DNA from: Myxococcota bacterium
GTDB taxonomy: Bacteria; Myxococcota_A; UBA9160; JAFDDA01
NCBI GenBank assembly: GCA_965228475.1
Contig: OZ245817.1
Coordinates: forward strand, 288,001 to 352,000
Length of the DNA stretch: 64,000 nucleotides
Direction of reading: 5' to 3'
The notes below the pieces were generated by a model. The model made no database searches and had not been told where the DNA came from. It worked only from the letters and a program-made list of their open reading frames with translations. Shown here piece after piece: positions 39,516 through 49,429 of the stretch (position 1 is the first letter of the stretch; each line of letters starts with the position of its first letter). The position numbers were made by a program, and so were the translations under genes.

Positions 39516-40276
39516 AGCCGGTCTGTCTGGTACTCGGAGCCGGGGCGGGAATCGGTGGCACCGTGGGCCGGCGTTTCGCGAAGGAAGGCTATCACGCCGT
39601 TCTGTGCCGCCGGAGCGACCAGGAGGGTCTCGACGCCCTCGTCGGACAGATCGAGGCCGACGGCGGCTCGGCCACGGGCTTCCTGCTCGACGCCGCCCAG
39701 CCCGACACCATCGAAGACCGCATCGCCGACGTCGAAGCGGCGATCGGGCCGATCGAGGTGCTCGTCTTCAACCTGGGCGCGCAGATCGGTGACCGCAATC
39801 TCGCCTCGACTTCCTACAAGGCCTTCGAGCTGGGCTGGCGCCTCGCGACCTTCGCGCTCTTCCGGGCCGCATCGGCGCTCTGCCCCCGCATGGAGGAGCG
39901 CGGGAAGGGCACGATCCTCGTGACCTCCGCCACCGCCGCGGTGCGCGGCAACGCCGGTCAGCACTCCCACGCGGCGGCGATGGGGGGCCGTCGCATGCTC
40001 TGCCAGACGCTGAACGCGGAGTTCTCGCCGAAGGGCATCCACGTCGCGCACATCCTCGTCGACGGCGCCGTCGATGCGCCGGACACGCTCGGGAAGATGC
40101 TCGGCGCCGAGAACTTCCAGAAGCTTCGCGAAGCGCGCGGCCTCGAGAACGACGGCCTGCTGCTCCCCGAGAAGATGGCCGAGACCTACCTGCACCTCGC
40201 GCAGCAGCACCGCTCGGTCTGGACGCACGAACTCGATCTGCGTTCCTTCACCGACCGCCCGTGGTGGAACCACTGA
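39512..40276 (+). CDS. Atypical short-chain dehydrogenase/reductase
   Basis: GAGAGIG, TSATAAVRG, IHVAHILVDG, WTHELDLR. Confidence 0.88.
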   Translation: MKPVCLVLGAGAGIGGTVGRRFAKEGYHAVLCRRSDQEGLDALVGQIEADGGSATGFLLDAAQPDTIEDRIADVEAAIGPIEVLVFNLGAQIGDRNLASTSYKAFELGWRLATFALFRAASALCPRMEERGKGTILVTSATAAVRGNAGQHSHAAAMGGRRMLCQTLNAEFSPKGIHVAHILVDGAVDAPDTLGKMLGAENFQKLREARGLENDGLLLPEKMAETYLHLAQQHRSVWTHELDLRSFTDRPWWNH

Positions 40277-40289
40277 GCCGGCGGCCGCG

Positions 40290-41003
40290 CTAGACGTACC
40301 GCCCGTACACCCCGACGCGTTCCTGGACGCGCTCGGCGTAGGCCTTCAGCCGGGGGTACTCCTCGGCGAGGGTCGTGATCCAGGTGGCCGGCTGGTTGTC
40401 GTAGAGCCCGGCCAGAAGCCCGGCAACGGCGAAGTCGTGGACGTTCGGTTCGCTGCCGAGCAGGAAACCGTCGCCCTCGGCCGCGGCCTGAAGCGCCGCG
40501 AGATCCCTCCGCGCGAAGCCGCGCTGCTCCTCGAGGGTGTGGCGCCCGAGGCCGTGGAGCTGGTAGGTCTGCCGGACCTGCCGCCGGGCCAGGCGCGTCA
40601 CGAGGGGCCGGATTGGCGCCGGGAAGCCACCGAAGAATCCGTCGACGACGTTCGGCCACCATGCGTCGTCGAGCCAGCGGCTCGCGACCATCAGCCAATA
40701 GAGATGGTCTTCGGCGAGGCGCGTGTAGGCGAGCCCGCGCGCCTTCTGCTCTTCGCTCAGATCCTTGTACACCTGCCCCTGCGTGATGCCGTCGAGGTAC
40801 TCGACGATGAGCTCCGAGTCCGGCATCCGCTCGCCGTCGACGATCAGGTACGGGAGTTTGCCCTTGGGCGCCTTGCGCGGGTCGCCCTCCTCGGCCATGT
40901 CGAACTCGAGGCCGAGGGAAGTCAGCAGCATCTCGATCTTCAGGCAGAACGGGCTGATGTTGCGCATGCCGAAGGCCGGCGGGAGCGTGACGAGACGAAT
41001 CAT
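40290..41003 (-). CDS. Glutathione S-transferase family (FAX/metaxin-like)
   Basis: SPFCLK, PKGKLPY, DSELI. Confidence 0.88.
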   Translation of the reverse strand: MIRLVTLPPAFGMRNISPFCLKIEMLLTSLGLEFDMAEEGDPRKAPKGKLPYLIVDGERMPDSELIVEYLDGITQGQVYKDLSEEQKARGLAYTRLAEDHLYWLMVASRWLDDAWWPNVVDGFFGGFPAPIRPLVTRLARRQVRQTYQLHGLGRHTLEEQRGFARRDLAALQAAAEGDGFLLGSEPNVHDFAVAGLLAGLYDNQPATWITTLAEEYPRLKAYAERVQERVGVYGRYV

Positions 41004-41069
41004 GTCTTTCTCCTCGGTCGAAGGTTTCGGGCTGCGGGAGCATGCCACGCTCCTGCTGACAGCCTCGTG

Positions 41070-41732
41070 TCAGGAGCCATCCCGCCGGCGGCCGAGCATG
41101 ACGGCGTGCCGCCGGCCGCCGCGCCCCGGCCGGAAGCGCGAGACCTCGAAGTGGGCCTTGCGCAGGCGGTTCTCGAAGGCGGCGTCCGGATCCTCGGCCC
41201 ACACGGCGAAGACGCCGCCGGGCGCCAGGGCCGCCCGCGTGCGATGGATCGCTTCGCTTCCGTAGAAGGGGTCCTTGCGCGGTGTCTTCGCGTGGGGGCC
41301 TTCGTAGAGGTCGAGCAGGATCGCATCGAGGCCGCGGCTGGTTCCGATGGTGCGGGCGACGTCCTCCTGGCGGACCGTCGCGCGCGGGTCCTCGAGACAG
41401 GCGCCGTTCACCGCGGCGAGCGGCCCGCGGCACCACTCGACGACGACCGGGTTCAGCTCCGCGACCTCGACGCTCGCCGAGTCCGGGAGCGAGGCCAGGG
41501 CCGCCTGCAAGGTGATGCCCATGCCGAGGCCGCCGATCAGGACGCGCGGGGCCGGACGTTCGGCGACGGCCGCACAGCCGCGCTCGGCGAGCGCGCGCTC
41601 GGAGAGGCTGTTGTGGCTGTTCATGAGGATGCGGCCGCCGATGCAGATCAGATACTCGTCGCCGCGTTGGCGCAGTTCGAGCTCGCCGTCCGGGGTGGCA
41701 CGGCGCTCGAGCACCTTCCAGGGGAGGGCCAC
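41070..41732 (-). CDS. Spermidine-synthase-like SAM-dependent transferase
   Basis: LMNS, LIGGLGMGIT, AELNPVVVEW, ILLD. Confidence 0.85.
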   Translation of the reverse strand: MALPWKVLERRATPDGELELRQRGDEYLICIGGRILMNSHNSLSERALAERGCAAVAERPAPRVLIGGLGMGITLQAALASLPDSASVEVAELNPVVVEWCRGPLAAVNGACLEDPRATVRQEDVARTIGTSRGLDAILLDLYEGPHAKTPRKDPFYGSEAIHRTRAALAPGGVFAVWAEDPDAAFENRLRKAHFEVSRFRPGRGGRRHAVMLGRRRDGS

Positions 41733-41777
41733 GCTAGCGCGTCGCCTCGGCGGGCGTGCGGCCGGTCTCGACGGAAA

Positions 41778-42521
41778 TCACCAGGGCCGCAGCGTGAAGC
41801 GCTTGTTGTCCTTCACCTTCTCGCCGGGCTCGGCGTTCACGACCTTCACCCACTGCTCGGACCATTCCCGGATCGATTTCTGCACCTCGCCGAAGGCCGT
41901 CGCCCGGGCCACGTTGATGGGTGCGAACTTGCCGCCCTCGCGGTCGGCGAACAGGGCGATCACCTCTCCGGTCTGGGCGTCCTTCATCCGCCCCTCGATG
42001 GCCACGCCGCCCTTGGCGCCCTCCTTGGCGAGAATCGCGACGCCGAAGGGCGCGGAGAGGATCGTCGCCGCGAGGCCGATCGCCCCGAGCGATTTCTTGT
42101 TCGGTTCGACGTCGACGATCGCGAGCTCGAAGATCACCGAGCCCGCCTGGGGTGAATCGAGCACGGCGAAGCGCCGTTCGTCGTCTTCCCGGAAGGCGTC
42201 CTGGAACTCCTCGCGCGTGAAGTCCGCGAGCTCCTGGAGATCCTCCGCGAGCTCGGCCGTCTTGCCCTTCTCGTGAGCCTTGCGCCACCAGCTCGTCTGC
42301 TTCACGAGCCGCGTGTCCACCGGCGCGATCACGATCGAAGTCCGCTCGGGCCCGTTCCAGCCGGGCGCGAACCAGGCCTTCTTGAAGGGGACCTTCTTCT
42401 GCTTCGTCATCTGCGAGGACTCGGAGAAGGCGCTCGGCGGATCCTCGGCGTGAACCCCACCCGGGAGCGCGACGAGGGAGACGACGAGGGCTCCGAGGAC
42501 CGGCCAGTGGAAGCGGCGCAT
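41778..42521 (-). CDS. Exported DUF3313-like protein
   Basis: Signal peptide VHA; IEGRMKDAQTGEVIALFADR. Confidence 0.7.
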   Translation of the reverse strand: MRRFHWPVLGALVVSLVALPGGVHAEDPPSAFSESSQMTKQKKVPFKKAWFAPGWNGPERTSIVIAPVDTRLVKQTSWWRKAHEKGKTAELAEDLQELADFTREEFQDAFREDDERRFAVLDSPQAGSVIFELAIVDVEPNKKSLGAIGLAATILSAPFGVAILAKEGAKGGVAIEGRMKDAQTGEVIALFADREGGKFAPINVARATAFGEVQKSIREWSEQWVKVVNAEPGEKVKDNKRFTLRPW

Positions 42522-42657
42522 GGGGTTCCTCCTCGGGAAGGGGACCCGGCAAGAGTAGAGCCGATCGCCCGTTCGTGCAGGAGAAGTCCGCCGCGGACCC
42601 GGACGGGTGGCACGAGGCGTTTGGCTTCCCGCCCCCGCCTCTGAGAGAATCCCCGTG

Positions 42658-44316
42658 ATGCTGTGGTGGATGGTTCTGCTCCTGTTCCTCTCGAGCGGAG
42701 ATTGCAGTGGACCCTCGGGGTCGGGTGCTCCCGACCGGGTCGTCTGCGAAGTGCTCGAACCCCTCGCGGAAGACGCCTGCACCGTCGTGCCGGGCGGGGA
42801 CGGCCTGCTGGTGCGGGGCGACGTCTTCGGCGTCGATGCGCTCTACGTCGGGGGCCAGCTCTGGGTCGACGGGTCCGGCGTGATCGGCTGTGTCGGCTGT
42901 GACTGTGCGGAGCAGGCCTCCGGGGCAACGGAGCTCGTCTGCCCCGAGGCGGCCGTTTCGCCCGGCTTGATCAATCTCCACGAGCATCTGAGCTTCCAGA
43001 CGCCGCCCGTCCCCGATTCCGGCGAGCGCTACGAACACCGCCACGACTGGCGCATCGGGGCGAACGGGCATACGGCGATCTCCGTTTCGGGGCAGGCGAG
43101 CCTCGCCGAGCAGCAGTGGGGCGAGCTGCGACATCTCCTGGCGGGAACCACGTCGATCGTCGGGGCGTCGACGGTCCCAGGGTTGCTGCGCAATCTCGAT
43201 GGCAGCGGTCAGGAAGGGCTCGATCAACCGGTGATCTTCCGGGAGACCTTCCCGCTCGGGGACGCCGCGGGGCAGCAGCTCGCCTCGGGTTGCGACTACC
43301 CGTCGATCCAGACCGCGTTCCTCGTTTCCTTCTTCGAGGCCTACGTTCCGCACCTCGGCGAAGGCATCGACGCGAACGCCCGGAACGAGTTTCTCTGCAC
43401 CCGGGAGACCGTCGGCGGCGGGCAGGACCTGCTCGAGTCGCAAAGCGCCTACGTCCACGCCACGGGGCTCGAGGCTGCGGACTACGCCGAGATGGCGGCC
43501 GAGGGGACATCGCTGGTCTGGTCGCCGCGCTCGAACGTTCGTCTCTACGGAGACACCGCGTCCGTGGCGCTTGCAGATCGGCTCGGCGTGAACGTCGCGC
43601 TCGGAACCGATTGGCTCGCGACCGGCTCGATGAACCTCCAGCGCGAGCTGCGCTGTGCTTCGGAGTGGAACCGGCAGCGGCTGGATCGGCACTTCGGCGA
43701 GTACGAACTATGGAAGATGGTGACGGCGAACGCTGCCGAGGCGGTGGCCGTGGACGACGCGATCGGTTCCCTGGCCCCCGGGCTCGTGGCGGACGTCGCG
43801 ATCTTCGACGGCGCGGGCCGGCGCGGATACCGTGCCGCCGTTTCGGCCGGGCCCGAACGCGTCTTGCTCGTGCTGCGCGGCGGGGAACCACTCTACGGTG
43901 AGGCCTCACTGCTCGCGGCCCTCTCGCCGGAGTCGTGCGACAGCCTTGCGGTCTGCGGCGCGGAGAAGGCGTTGTGCATCGCCGACGAGCTCGGCATGAG
44001 CCTGGCGGAGCTGGATGCCGCCGTCGGCGACGCGTACCCGCTCTTCTACTGCGGGACACCGGATGACGAGCCGACCTGCCACCCCGAGCGCGCCCATTCG
44101 GTCTCCGGCTCGACGCCATACACCGGAGAGCTTCGTTGGTTCGACTCCGACGGCGATGGCCTCGAGAACGACGAAGACCTGTGCCCCCGCGCTTTCGACC
44201 CGGTACGCCCCCTCGACGCAGGGGAACAGGCCGATGCGGATGGGGACGGTCTCGGCGACGTCTGTGACCCCGAGCCGCTGGGCGGAGCGGCGGAGGCCGA
44301 CACCGGGGTCTCCTAG
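42658..44316 (+). CDS. Secreted amidohydrolase with thrombospondin type-3-like Ca-binding repeats
   Basis: PGLINLHEH, PHLGEG, WSPRSN, ALGTDW; C-terminal DSDGDG...DADGDGLGDVCD. Confidence 0.82.
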   Translation: MLWWMVLLLFLSSGDCSGPSGSGAPDRVVCEVLEPLAEDACTVVPGGDGLLVRGDVFGVDALYVGGQLWVDGSGVIGCVGCDCAEQASGATELVCPEAAVSPGLINLHEHLSFQTPPVPDSGERYEHRHDWRIGANGHTAISVSGQASLAEQQWGELRHLLAGTTSIVGASTVPGLLRNLDGSGQEGLDQPVIFRETFPLGDAAGQQLASGCDYPSIQTAFLVSFFEAYVPHLGEGIDANARNEFLCTRETVGGGQDLLESQSAYVHATGLEAADYAEMAAEGTSLVWSPRSNVRLYGDTASVALADRLGVNVALGTDWLATGSMNLQRELRCASEWNRQRLDRHFGEYELWKMVTANAAEAVAVDDAIGSLAPGLVADVAIFDGAGRRGYRAAVSAGPERVLLVLRGGEPLYGEASLLAALSPESCDSLAVCGAEKALCIADELGMSLAELDAAVGDAYPLFYCGTPDDEPTCHPERAHSVSGSTPYTGELRWFDSDGDGLENDEDLCPRAFDPVRPLDAGEQADADGDGLGDVCDPEPLGGAAEADTGVS

Positions 44317-45284
44317 AGATCGTCCGCGAAGACGACCCCGTCGAAGGCCTCCGCCGGGAAGGGGAGGTCGAGGCGGCCGCGGCGCGGGTGGTGTTCGGCG
44401 TAGGGGTTCGGGCGCTTCGGAAAGCGCGTCGGGTAGTAGTTCGACTCGATGATGGCGCGACCGGCGCGCACCCCGAGGGGCTCGATGCGCGCGAGCTCCT
44501 CGCGGACCGAGGCCGTGCGGCAGCCCTCCACGAGCTCGCGGACGGCGGCCTCCGAGTAGACCGAAGGCTCGAAGGTCTCGTCCGGTTCGTTGCCACGCGC
44601 CGGTTCCGGCAGAGCCCCCGCCCGCCACAGGCTCGCTTCGCCGCCGTGGGGGAACGGGTCGACGGGCTCGCCGTTCAGCCAGGTGTTGAAGTGGACGTGG
44701 GGCACGCCGAACGGGAAGGTCACGAGCGAGTCGAGCCCGCTGTAGCCGGAGATGGCGATGGGCTCGCCGCGGGCCACGCGCTGCCCCACCCGGACGAGCG
44801 GGCGGGCCAGGTGGGCGCAGTTCGTCATCAGGCCCTCGCCGTGGTCGAGGAAGATCTTCAGCCCTCCCCGGTTGAACTCGCTCACCACGCGGACGACCTC
44901 GCCGGGTGCCGCCGCCAGGACCGTCGTGCCGACCGGGATCGAGAAGTCGGTTCCGTTGTGGCTGTCGTAGGTCAGCTCGCGCCCGCGGAAGTCTTCGATC
45001 TGGGTCTTCTCGACGGACCAGCCGAGTTCGATCGGCGTCTGCCGATGGTTGAAGAGGTTGGTCACGATCGCCCGGCGCGGGACGACGAACCGTCCGCGCC
45101 AGAGCGGCACGGCCATCCGGGGCCGGAGCTGTCGCAGGCTCGAGAGTCCGAACTTCGTCGGCGGGACGTCTTCCTGGCCGCGCAGGGCGATCAGGGTCTG
45201 GGCCAGGCGCTCGCGGAAGGGGTGGAGGCCCATGGCCTCGCGGAAGAGGCGGAGCTTCGGGGCGGTCTCGGGGGATGCGGTCAT
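44313..45284 (-). CDS. M23 family metallopeptidase
   Basis: HNGTD and PHVH zinc motifs. Confidence 0.88.
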   Translation of the reverse strand: MTASPETAPKLRLFREAMGLHPFRERLAQTLIALRGQEDVPPTKFGLSSLRQLRPRMAVPLWRGRFVVPRRAIVTNLFNHRQTPIELGWSVEKTQIEDFRGRELTYDSHNGTDFSIPVGTTVLAAAPGEVVRVVSEFNRGGLKIFLDHGEGLMTNCAHLARPLVRVGQRVARGEPIAISGYSGLDSLVTFPFGVPHVHFNTWLNGEPVDPFPHGGEASLWRAGALPEPARGNEPDETFEPSVYSEAAVRELVEGCRTASVREELARIEPLGVRAGRAIIESNYYPTRFPKRPNPYAEHHPRRGRLDLPFPAEAFDGVVFADDL

Positions 45285-45468
45285 GGGGCGATCCTAGCGC
45301 CGGGTCCTCGCAGGACGGAGCCGGGCGTTCCAGGCTCCCCGCGGGGGCCTCTCGGGCCTCGGTTCCGGTTTCTGCTTCCGGACCGCCGGGCTGACGTGGT
45401 AGTCTCCCCGCGCTGCCTTGGGAAGGGCTCGCCGAGGTCTTCCCGTGTCAAGCTCCCGCTCCCATCGC

Positions 45469-46254
45469 ATGCCGATCCTGGCGGCCTTCGCCGTCTCGCT
45501 GCTCGTTTTCGGTGCCGCCCCCGCGCAGGCCCTGACGTCCGCCGCGCAGACCTTCGACCTGACCTTCACCCTCGAGGACATCCGCTACGCGGACACCGGC
45601 CAGAGCGTCGATCCCTTCATCCTGGAAGACATCTTCATCGACGGCTTCTTCTTCGACGGCCCCTCGTCGTCCATGGAGACCGGCACCGGCAGCGTCGCTT
45701 CCACGACCACGCCGTCCTACAGCGGCGGCCCCTTCGACATGTTCGACAGCTTCGAGGGCATGGCCATCGGCGATTCGGTGAACACGGTGCAGATGCAGAC
45801 CGCGACGGTGACGAGCCTCGGCGAGGCCCAGCTGTTCGAAGACTTCATGTGGTCCTTCGGGATCAGCAGCGACGCCGGCGAGGACCTCTTCTTCGATTGG
45901 AGCTGGAGCTACACGCGCGACATCACGCTGGTCGAGGAAGGCGACTTCGACGACGCCACGGCCTTCCTCGGAGACGACCTCGTCTTCTTCCTGGACGACA
46001 ACGGCGACGAGGTCCTGGCGGAAGGATTCCTCGGAACGGACATCCTGAACTTCGGCACGCTTCCGCCGGGCGACGATCTCATGTTCACGGACTCCGGCTC
46101 CTTCACGGCCTTCCTCGACAGCAACGTCGGGAACTACCTCAGTGGCGACTTCTCCTGGAACCTCGGCGTCCGCGCCGTCGCGGAGGTCCCGGAGCCCCAC
46201 GCCGCGCTCCTGCTGCTCGGAGGGATCGCCGCCGCGCTCCGCCGGAGGCGCTAG
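45469..46254 (+). CDS. PEP-CTERM sorting-domain protein
   Basis: Signal peptide AQA; acidic body; VPEPHAALLLLGGIAAALRRRR. Confidence 0.88.
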   Translation: MPILAAFAVSLLVFGAAPAQALTSAAQTFDLTFTLEDIRYADTGQSVDPFILEDIFIDGFFFDGPSSSMETGTGSVASTTTPSYSGGPFDMFDSFEGMAIGDSVNTVQMQTATVTSLGEAQLFEDFMWSFGISSDAGEDLFFDWSWSYTRDITLVEEGDFDDATAFLGDDLVFFLDDNGDEVLAEGFLGTDILNFGTLPPGDDLMFTDSGSFTAFLDSNVGNYLSGDFSWNLGVRAVAEVPEPHAALLLLGGIAAALRRRR

Positions 46255-46286
46255 GCGCCGCGCGCTTTCCGTGCGAGGATCACGCC

Positions 46287-47045
46287 ATGCGTAGGAGCGT
46301 CCGTCTCGTCCTGGTGTGGCTCTTCGCCGCGGCCCCTGCGTCGGCGGCACCGATCGTCAACGGAGATTTCGAGACCGGTGACTTCTCGCCCTGGGTCCTG
46401 ACCGATTCGGGCGCCGTCGCCACCGCGAGCCTGTTCACGCCGTCCATCGCGCCCGCGGGAGGCGCGTACATGGGATACATCACGACCGGCCGGAACGAGC
46501 TGCCCTCGAACCTCTCGTTCCAGGATCTCGACGGGGACGGCTCTCCCGAGCGCGAGTACTCCTCGCTGGCGATCGACGTGACCACCGCGGGGCCCGCCGT
46601 GGTCGGCTTCGACCTGAACTTCCTGACCGCCGAGATCCAGCCGGGTGGCTCGCCGGACCTGCTCGGCGTCGCGCTCGGCGCCGTCGACGACCCGAGCCTC
46701 TACGCGCTGCTCTTCGCCGTCACCCAGGGCCCCTACACCGGCACGGCGACGCCTCTCACCGCGGCGGACTTCACCGCCGAGTTCATCCAGGACGCCGCCT
46801 TCGGCGTTCCGACCCTCGCAGACCAGAGCGTCTTCAACGGCCAGACCGGCTTCGCCCACTACGAGATCGCTCTCGCCGCGGGGAGCCACACCCTGACCTT
46901 CTTCGTCGCCGACAGCCATACGGACGGGGAAGCCACCGCCATGCTGATCGACAACGTCACGCTGAGCGAGGTGCCCGAGCCGACGGGCCTCCTCGGGTGG
47001 GTCTGCGCCCTGTTCGCCTCGGCACGTCTCCGCCGCCCCAGCTAG
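46287..47045 (+). CDS. PEP-CTERM sorting-domain protein
   Basis: Signal peptide; IVNGDFETGDFSPW...IDNV; VPEPTGLL...RLRR. Confidence 0.88.
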   Translation: MRRSVRLVLVWLFAAAPASAAPIVNGDFETGDFSPWVLTDSGAVATASLFTPSIAPAGGAYMGYITTGRNELPSNLSFQDLDGDGSPEREYSSLAIDVTTAGPAVVGFDLNFLTAEIQPGGSPDLLGVALGAVDDPSLYALLFAVTQGPYTGTATPLTAADFTAEFIQDAAFGVPTLADQSVFNGQTGFAHYEIALAAGSHTLTFFVADSHTDGEATAMLIDNVTLSEVPEPTGLLGWVCALFASARLRRPS

Positions 47046-47130
47046 CGGCCTGCGCCCGCGCGAGATCCGGGGCCCGGACTTTTGCTATACGAGCCCGGGT
47101 TCCACCGATCTCCCATGAGAGGGGACAGCG

Positions 47131-47772
47131 ATGCGCTCCCTACCGAAACTCTTCGAGAACAACCGCGCCTGGGCCGAGTCCGTCGAGCGCGAAGACCCGC
47201 ACTTCTTCGAGGAGCTGGCGAGGGAACAGCACCCCGAGTGCCTGTGGATCGGTTGCTCGGACAGCCGGGTGCCGCCGAACCAGGTCGTGGGGCTGAAGCC
47301 CGGAGAGGCCTTCGTCCACCGCAACGTGGCGAACATCGTCGCCCATGCGGATCTGAACGGTCTCTCCGTGATGCAGTTCGCCGTCGAGGTGCTGAAGGTC
47401 AAGCACGTGATCGTGTGCGGGCACTACGGGTGCGGCGGCGTCGGCGCGGTGCTCAAGGGAGAGCGCCACGGCCTCGTCGACGAATGGCTCGGCCACGTGC
47501 ACTCGGTCCTGGCGAAGCACGAGGCCCAGCTCGCGAGCGCGGGAGACACCGCGAAGCGCCACCAGCGGCTGTGCGAGCTCAACGTGGTCGAGCAGGTCGT
47601 GAACGCGAGCAAGACCACCGTCGTGCGCGACGCGTGGAGCCGCGGGCAGCCGCTGACCCTCCACGGCTGGATCTACGGCCTGAGTGACGGGCGGCTCCGG
47701 GACCTCTCGGTCACGTCGGACGACGCGGAGCAGCTGGCCGAGCTCTACGCGGAGGCGGTCCAGCCGCGCTGA
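47131..47772 (+). CDS. can: Beta-class carbonic anhydrase
   Basis: WIGCSDSRV, HRNVAN, CGHYGCGG, LCELNV. Confidence 0.95.
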   Translation: MRSLPKLFENNRAWAESVEREDPHFFEELAREQHPECLWIGCSDSRVPPNQVVGLKPGEAFVHRNVANIVAHADLNGLSVMQFAVEVLKVKHVIVCGHYGCGGVGAVLKGERHGLVDEWLGHVHSVLAKHEAQLASAGDTAKRHQRLCELNVVEQVVNASKTTVVRDAWSRGQPLTLHGWIYGLSDGRLRDLSVTSDDAEQLAELYAEAVQPR

Positions 47773-47847
47773 CCCGCGGGGATCGGATTCTCCAGGCGAA
47801 AAAACGACGCACGCGGGTGTAGAATGCTCCGATCTGCGGAGGTTCTC

Positions 47848-49416
47848 ATGGGTGCTCGCAAGCCGATTCTCTTCGTCTCGATCGTCGTCTTCTCTGCCGG
47901 GCTGCTCGGCTCGTCCTGCCAGCACGTGATCCCGCCTCGCCACGACGAGGCCCCGCTGCGTGCGGCCGCGTGCGCGGTCGACATCACCCCCGTCGTCGGC
48001 GAGAACCACACCGATCCGATCTACATGGCGGGCTTCGGGAACGACCGGCACGCCACCTCCGTGAACGATCCGATCTGGGCGCGCGGCGTCGTGCTCGAAT
48101 CCGGTGACACGAAGATCGCGATGGTCACGCTCGACCTGGTCGGGTACTTCAACAACGAGGTCCAGACGATCCGCAGCCTCGTCGACCCGGCGCGCGGCTT
48201 CGACTACGTCATGGTCTCGAGCACCCACAACCACGAGGGCCCGGACACGATGGGCCTGTGGGGCCCCGACGAAACCACCACCGGCGTCGACGAGGGCTAC
48301 CTCGACTTCGTGAACGACGCCGTCGTCCAGTGCGTCGAGGAGGCGGACGATGCGCTCGTGCCGGCGGCGGTGAAGTTCGCCACCGGCGATACGAACGGGA
48401 CGTCCCTCGGTGAGTGGCCCGACCTGGTCGCCGACGGCAAGATCCTCGAAGCGCAGACCATCGACCTCTCCTTCTTCGGGCTGGGCGTGTTCGACATCGA
48501 AGGGGACGACGGCCCGATCCTGAACACCTCGCTGCCCGTGATGCAGCTCCGCCGCTGGGTCTCTCCGCAGGACCGCTTCCGCGCGCTCCTGCGCTGGCTC
48601 TTCTGGCGGGGCCCCTTCCCGGATCTGCGGCCGCTGCGCGAGACGATCGCCACCGTGGTCAACTACGCGAGCCACCCGGAGGCGCTCGGCAGCGGGAATA
48701 CGGCCATCACCTCGGACTTCCCGCACTACATGCGGGAGAAGCTCGAGGCCAAGTACGGCGGAGTGGCGATCTACGTGAGCGCGGACCTCGGCGTTCTGCA
48801 GGGCCCGCTCGACGTCGACGTGCCGGATGCCGAGACCGGCGACCCGGTGCCGCGCCGCACCTTCGAGTTCGCCGAGCGCATGGGAGAGATCCTGGCCGGG
48901 CGCGTGGCCGACGCCCTCGAGACCCACTTCTTCTGGCGCGCCGCGGCGCCCATCGACGTGGCGACCGACGCGTTCTTCCTCGAGGTCGAGAACCCCTACT
49001 TCGCGGTGCTCGGCGGCGAACTCGGCATCTTCGGCCGGCGGGAGCTGATCGAGGTGGACGGCATCCCGGTGGTCGAGACCGAGGTCGGCGTCGTCCGCGT
49101 CGGAGAGGCGAGCTTCGTGGTGACGCCGAACGAGGTCGACCCCCAGATCGCGAACCTCTACCGGGAGCAGCTCGGCGACGGGCCGCGCTTCACCGTGGGG
49201 CTCGGCAACGACGAGATCGGCTACCAGATGCCCGAGGCGAAGTACAACCCGACCTGCTTCGCCTGCGTCGTCTTCGTCCTGACCGGAAACGCGAACCTCT
49301 GCCCGGCCGCGGCGACCCTCGATTGCGGAACGACCATGCAGAACAATCTCGGACCGGCGGCGGACCCCGAGCTGCAGAGTCGGATCGGTGCGCTGATCGA
49401 CGCCACCGCGCCGTAG
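47848..49416 (+). CDS. Neutral/alkaline ceramidase-like lipoprotein
   Basis: Lipobox-like GSSC; YMAGFG, STHNHEGPD, NYASHPE, GLGNDEIGY. Confidence 0.75.
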   Translation: MGARKPILFVSIVVFSAGLLGSSCQHVIPPRHDEAPLRAAACAVDITPVVGENHTDPIYMAGFGNDRHATSVNDPIWARGVVLESGDTKIAMVTLDLVGYFNNEVQTIRSLVDPARGFDYVMVSSTHNHEGPDTMGLWGPDETTTGVDEGYLDFVNDAVVQCVEEADDALVPAAVKFATGDTNGTSLGEWPDLVADGKILEAQTIDLSFFGLGVFDIEGDDGPILNTSLPVMQLRRWVSPQDRFRALLRWLFWRGPFPDLRPLRETIATVVNYASHPEALGSGNTAITSDFPHYMREKLEAKYGGVAIYVSADLGVLQGPLDVDVPDAETGDPVPRRTFEFAERMGEILAGRVADALETHFFWRAAAPIDVATDAFFLEVENPYFAVLGGELGIFGRRELIEVDGIPVVETEVGVVRVGEASFVVTPNEVDPQIANLYREQLGDGPRFTVGLGNDEIGYQMPEAKYNPTCFACVVFVLTGNANLCPAAATLDCGTTMQNNLGPAADPELQSRIGALIDATAP

Positions 49417-49429
49417 GTCACGCCGGGCG

